Shown here piece after piece: positions 61,586-64,000 of a stretch of 64,000 bases of DNA; position 1 is the first letter of the stretch; each line of letters begins with the position of its first letter. The translations under genes were made by a program, and so were the position numbers. Source of the DNA: Chlorokybus atmophyticus. Taxonomy: Eukaryota; Plantae; Mesostigma and Chlorokybus algae. The notes under the pieces are model-generated. The model was not told the DNA's origin. It saw only the letters and a list, made by a program, of their open reading frames with translations, and ran no database searches. Location: positions 188,864-252,863 of the forward strand of contig RHPI01002503.1 of the NCBI GenBank assembly GCA_009103225.1, read 5' to 3'.

Positions 61586-62128
61586 TGGTGCAGTAGGGGA
61601 GTCTGTTGCTTGTTAGAAAGGTTTTGGTGTAGTGTCATGTGTGCACGAACGGGCTACCTACAACACATTAGCATGTGATAGGTACCAGACCCATGCACAT
61701 AACCCACTTGGTGGTAGTTGGTCCGCGCGTGAATGTTGGTACAGAATCTGTTGTTGCTTGGCACTTGTTGTAGTTGCATGGTATGCAACGCAGACATGAC
61801 GCCCCAACAACACACAAAAGTGCAGAGGCCGCTACACAGCTTCTACCGTAGTATACCAAGTGTGGGGTATCACTTCACTAAACTAGTGTTTGGCATAAAG
61901 GCAAGCGCTTCTCGCGATCGACAATGCAACAATAATGCTCACGCGTGCGAAGCTCGCGCTCCAGTCTGGACGTCCGGGACAAAGCTGTGTTGCACCATGC
62001 TGCCACCACCACTGTCTACTGAACCCAGCTCCGTCACCAACTCGCACACGGCCAACCTAACATCAACCGAATAACGAATAGCATTCGCAGCAATGAGACT
62101 GCCAATCTGCCTATCTATCCAATGGTCG

Positions 62129-63009
62129 CTAGCCAGAACTATACTGCGCCATGCACGCCTGTAGCCTGCTCTCGGCGTCCGCCCGTAGCCGCCTCTGCTG
62201 GCTTGTAGCGCCGGAGCCCGAGGCGCTTGAGACGGCGTCGGCCTCCGCGGGGCACAGCTGCGAAACAACGCACCAGCCTGCATGCCATGAACAGTGCGGT
62301 GGTTGAGTTTGTACAGTGCGCGCGCGTGTGCAGTACAGGGTGCGCGCTGTCGTGGCCGTGTGTTTGCGCATGCATACTAGTAAGTGCCTGGGTATACGGG
62401 CATGTGTGATGAAATACGTGTGAACATACGATTGTAACCGCATGCGTATGAATGTAACCACCTGGTGGTCAAGCATTGGTGAAGCAAGACAGCTGCCTTC
62501 CATGCACGTGTTGATGCATGCGCACAGGTGAGAGGATAGTAGAGGTGATGCTTGTATAGCTTTGCTCACTGGGATACACCTCATGCACCCGTTTCATACA
62601 AGGCTGCGCTTGAAGTGACAGAAGCCCACAGTTTGTTGCCGCTAACCACCATCCGAAAATCTGACATAATCTTCCAGCACAGCATAGACATAACTCAACG
62701 CACTGACTTCTGAGGCAGCCTCCTAGACCAGCAATCACGCCCAGATCCCAGGCTCCAAGGCTACCTACACACACGCACTTGAATGCATCGCACACACAGC
62801 TCACCTGCCCGGGCGTTGAGGGCGGCGCAGACCGCGTCCCGCTCGACGGGCGTCGGGTGTCGCCGCCGGCAGCGCGTCAGCGCCTCGAACAGCACCTCGC
62901 ACGGCCTCAAGTCCACCTCCACCCCTGCTGCCTCCTCCGCCCCCGTTGCCACCGCCGCCGACGACGACGACGACGCCGAGCCCGCTGGCGCAGCGTCGGC
63001 GTCGGCCAT
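62129..63009 (-). CDS. Small twin-CX9C (CHCH) protein, probably mitochondrial intermembrane space
   Basis: Two exons joined G|GC give CEVLFEALTRC (CX9C) ..CAALNARAGWC (CX9C) VVSQLCPAEADAV..ESRLQACMAQYSSG*. Confidence 0.7.
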
Positions 63010-64000
63010 GCAAGCTTGATAGCTGAATGATAGTCGTCTGACTGATTGATCTACTCGCTGCTGGCCGTCGTGCTTGCTGCAAGTTCAGTCTCTCAGTGTC
63101 TCAAGTCAAGTGTGAACCAGCATGCACAGCCACCGCACGCACAATCAGGCTGCATCTAGTGTTCAACCTCCTTTGTGACATGCTCGCGCGTGCAAGTAGC
63201 GTGCACACGCCGGGGACGGGGATGGTATCAACATGCTGAACAGAGAACTCAAACAACAATTACCATGAGACACGCCACCACTTGCGTTGGCGACATCAGT
63301 TGCAAGGAAGAGTAACAGTAGCAAAGCAGCAGCATCAACGCGCACTGTGATATTACCACGCTAAAGTCAATGGACTTTGCATTGACATGAACATCGCGCA
63401 TCATAGTCACAATGATGATGTCATAGGACATGATGCCCACAAGCAACAGGCACAACACAAGTTCTACCACATCTCACCAGGTGCAACTTTTGCTTGCACC
63501 TGAACAGGAAGGTGTTGACACTGCTTGTCGACCCACAATGGGACTTGGTTTCCTGGTCCACTGTTTGCACGGCGTGACTTGCAAGAGGTACTCGGCTTGG
63601 GTGCTCATCACTTTGCGGTAGGTGCTGAACTACCGGCACCTGATCAGAAGCTTGCACAATGGACCATATGGCAGTACATGCTATGTGTGATACACATCGC
63701 TGCATTGCAGTTGATGGCCATGCTCGCGCAGAAGCATGGCAACCTCAGAGTGCTGGCTCAAGTCTGCACAACATGCGTGATGTGCCGTTTGTAGTGTTGC
63801 CTGCACACGCCTGTCAACGGCCATGCACGGATCGTTCACACACTACAGAAGCTCAGCAGTTGATACTCGACCTTGCTTTCACCCAATGTTACATCATTGA
63901 GTGGCATGTATCAGCCATTCGGCCACGCGTCTCCGCCCACTACCCAACCTTCCCTCCCCCTCCCTTTCCCCCTCCCACCCCCCCTCCCCCTCTTCCTCCC

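Noticed and set aside
63160-63830. Possible minus-strand exons (LSQHSEVAMLLREH.., VPVVQHLPQ..) near the window end
   Set aside because: Splice-like signals exist, but no coherent reading frame or recognisable product could be built.

Overview
Gene-dense, intron-rich eukaryotic nuclear DNA from the green lineage. It is inferred to be a flagellate-forming alga, probably a streptophyte, because plant-type GyrB, NDC1 and FtsH3/10 sit beside a full-length HYDIN. Manual splicing supports 15 protein-coding genes: NPC1 (3' part), NHP2, class-3 lipase, GFA/CENP-V-like, an intronless bacterial-type cupin, a divergent DDB1-family propeller, organellar GyrB, an aldo-keto reductase, CENP-N, a plastid-targeted 2-TM orphan, an EFCAB9-like EF-hand protein, NDC1, HYDIN, mitochondrial FtsH and a twin-CX9C protein. 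One further probable small gene has YxxITxxY/YNILTG motifs. Six gene pairs are head-to-head. The strongest leads are an apparent EFCAB9 orthologue (the CatSper Ca2+/pH sensor, which would imply a CatSper-type flagellar channel), an NPC1 sterol transporter fused in-frame to a C3HC4 RING domain, and a CENP-N CCAN subunit. Also noted: a candidate C/D-box structured RNA, an AT-rich island with a decayed Zn-finger ORF, six GC-AG introns, a poly-G run (likely artefact) and an 814-nt N gap. No tRNA, rRNA, CRISPR array or intact mobile element was recognised. All homology calls come from motif recognition, not database searches.
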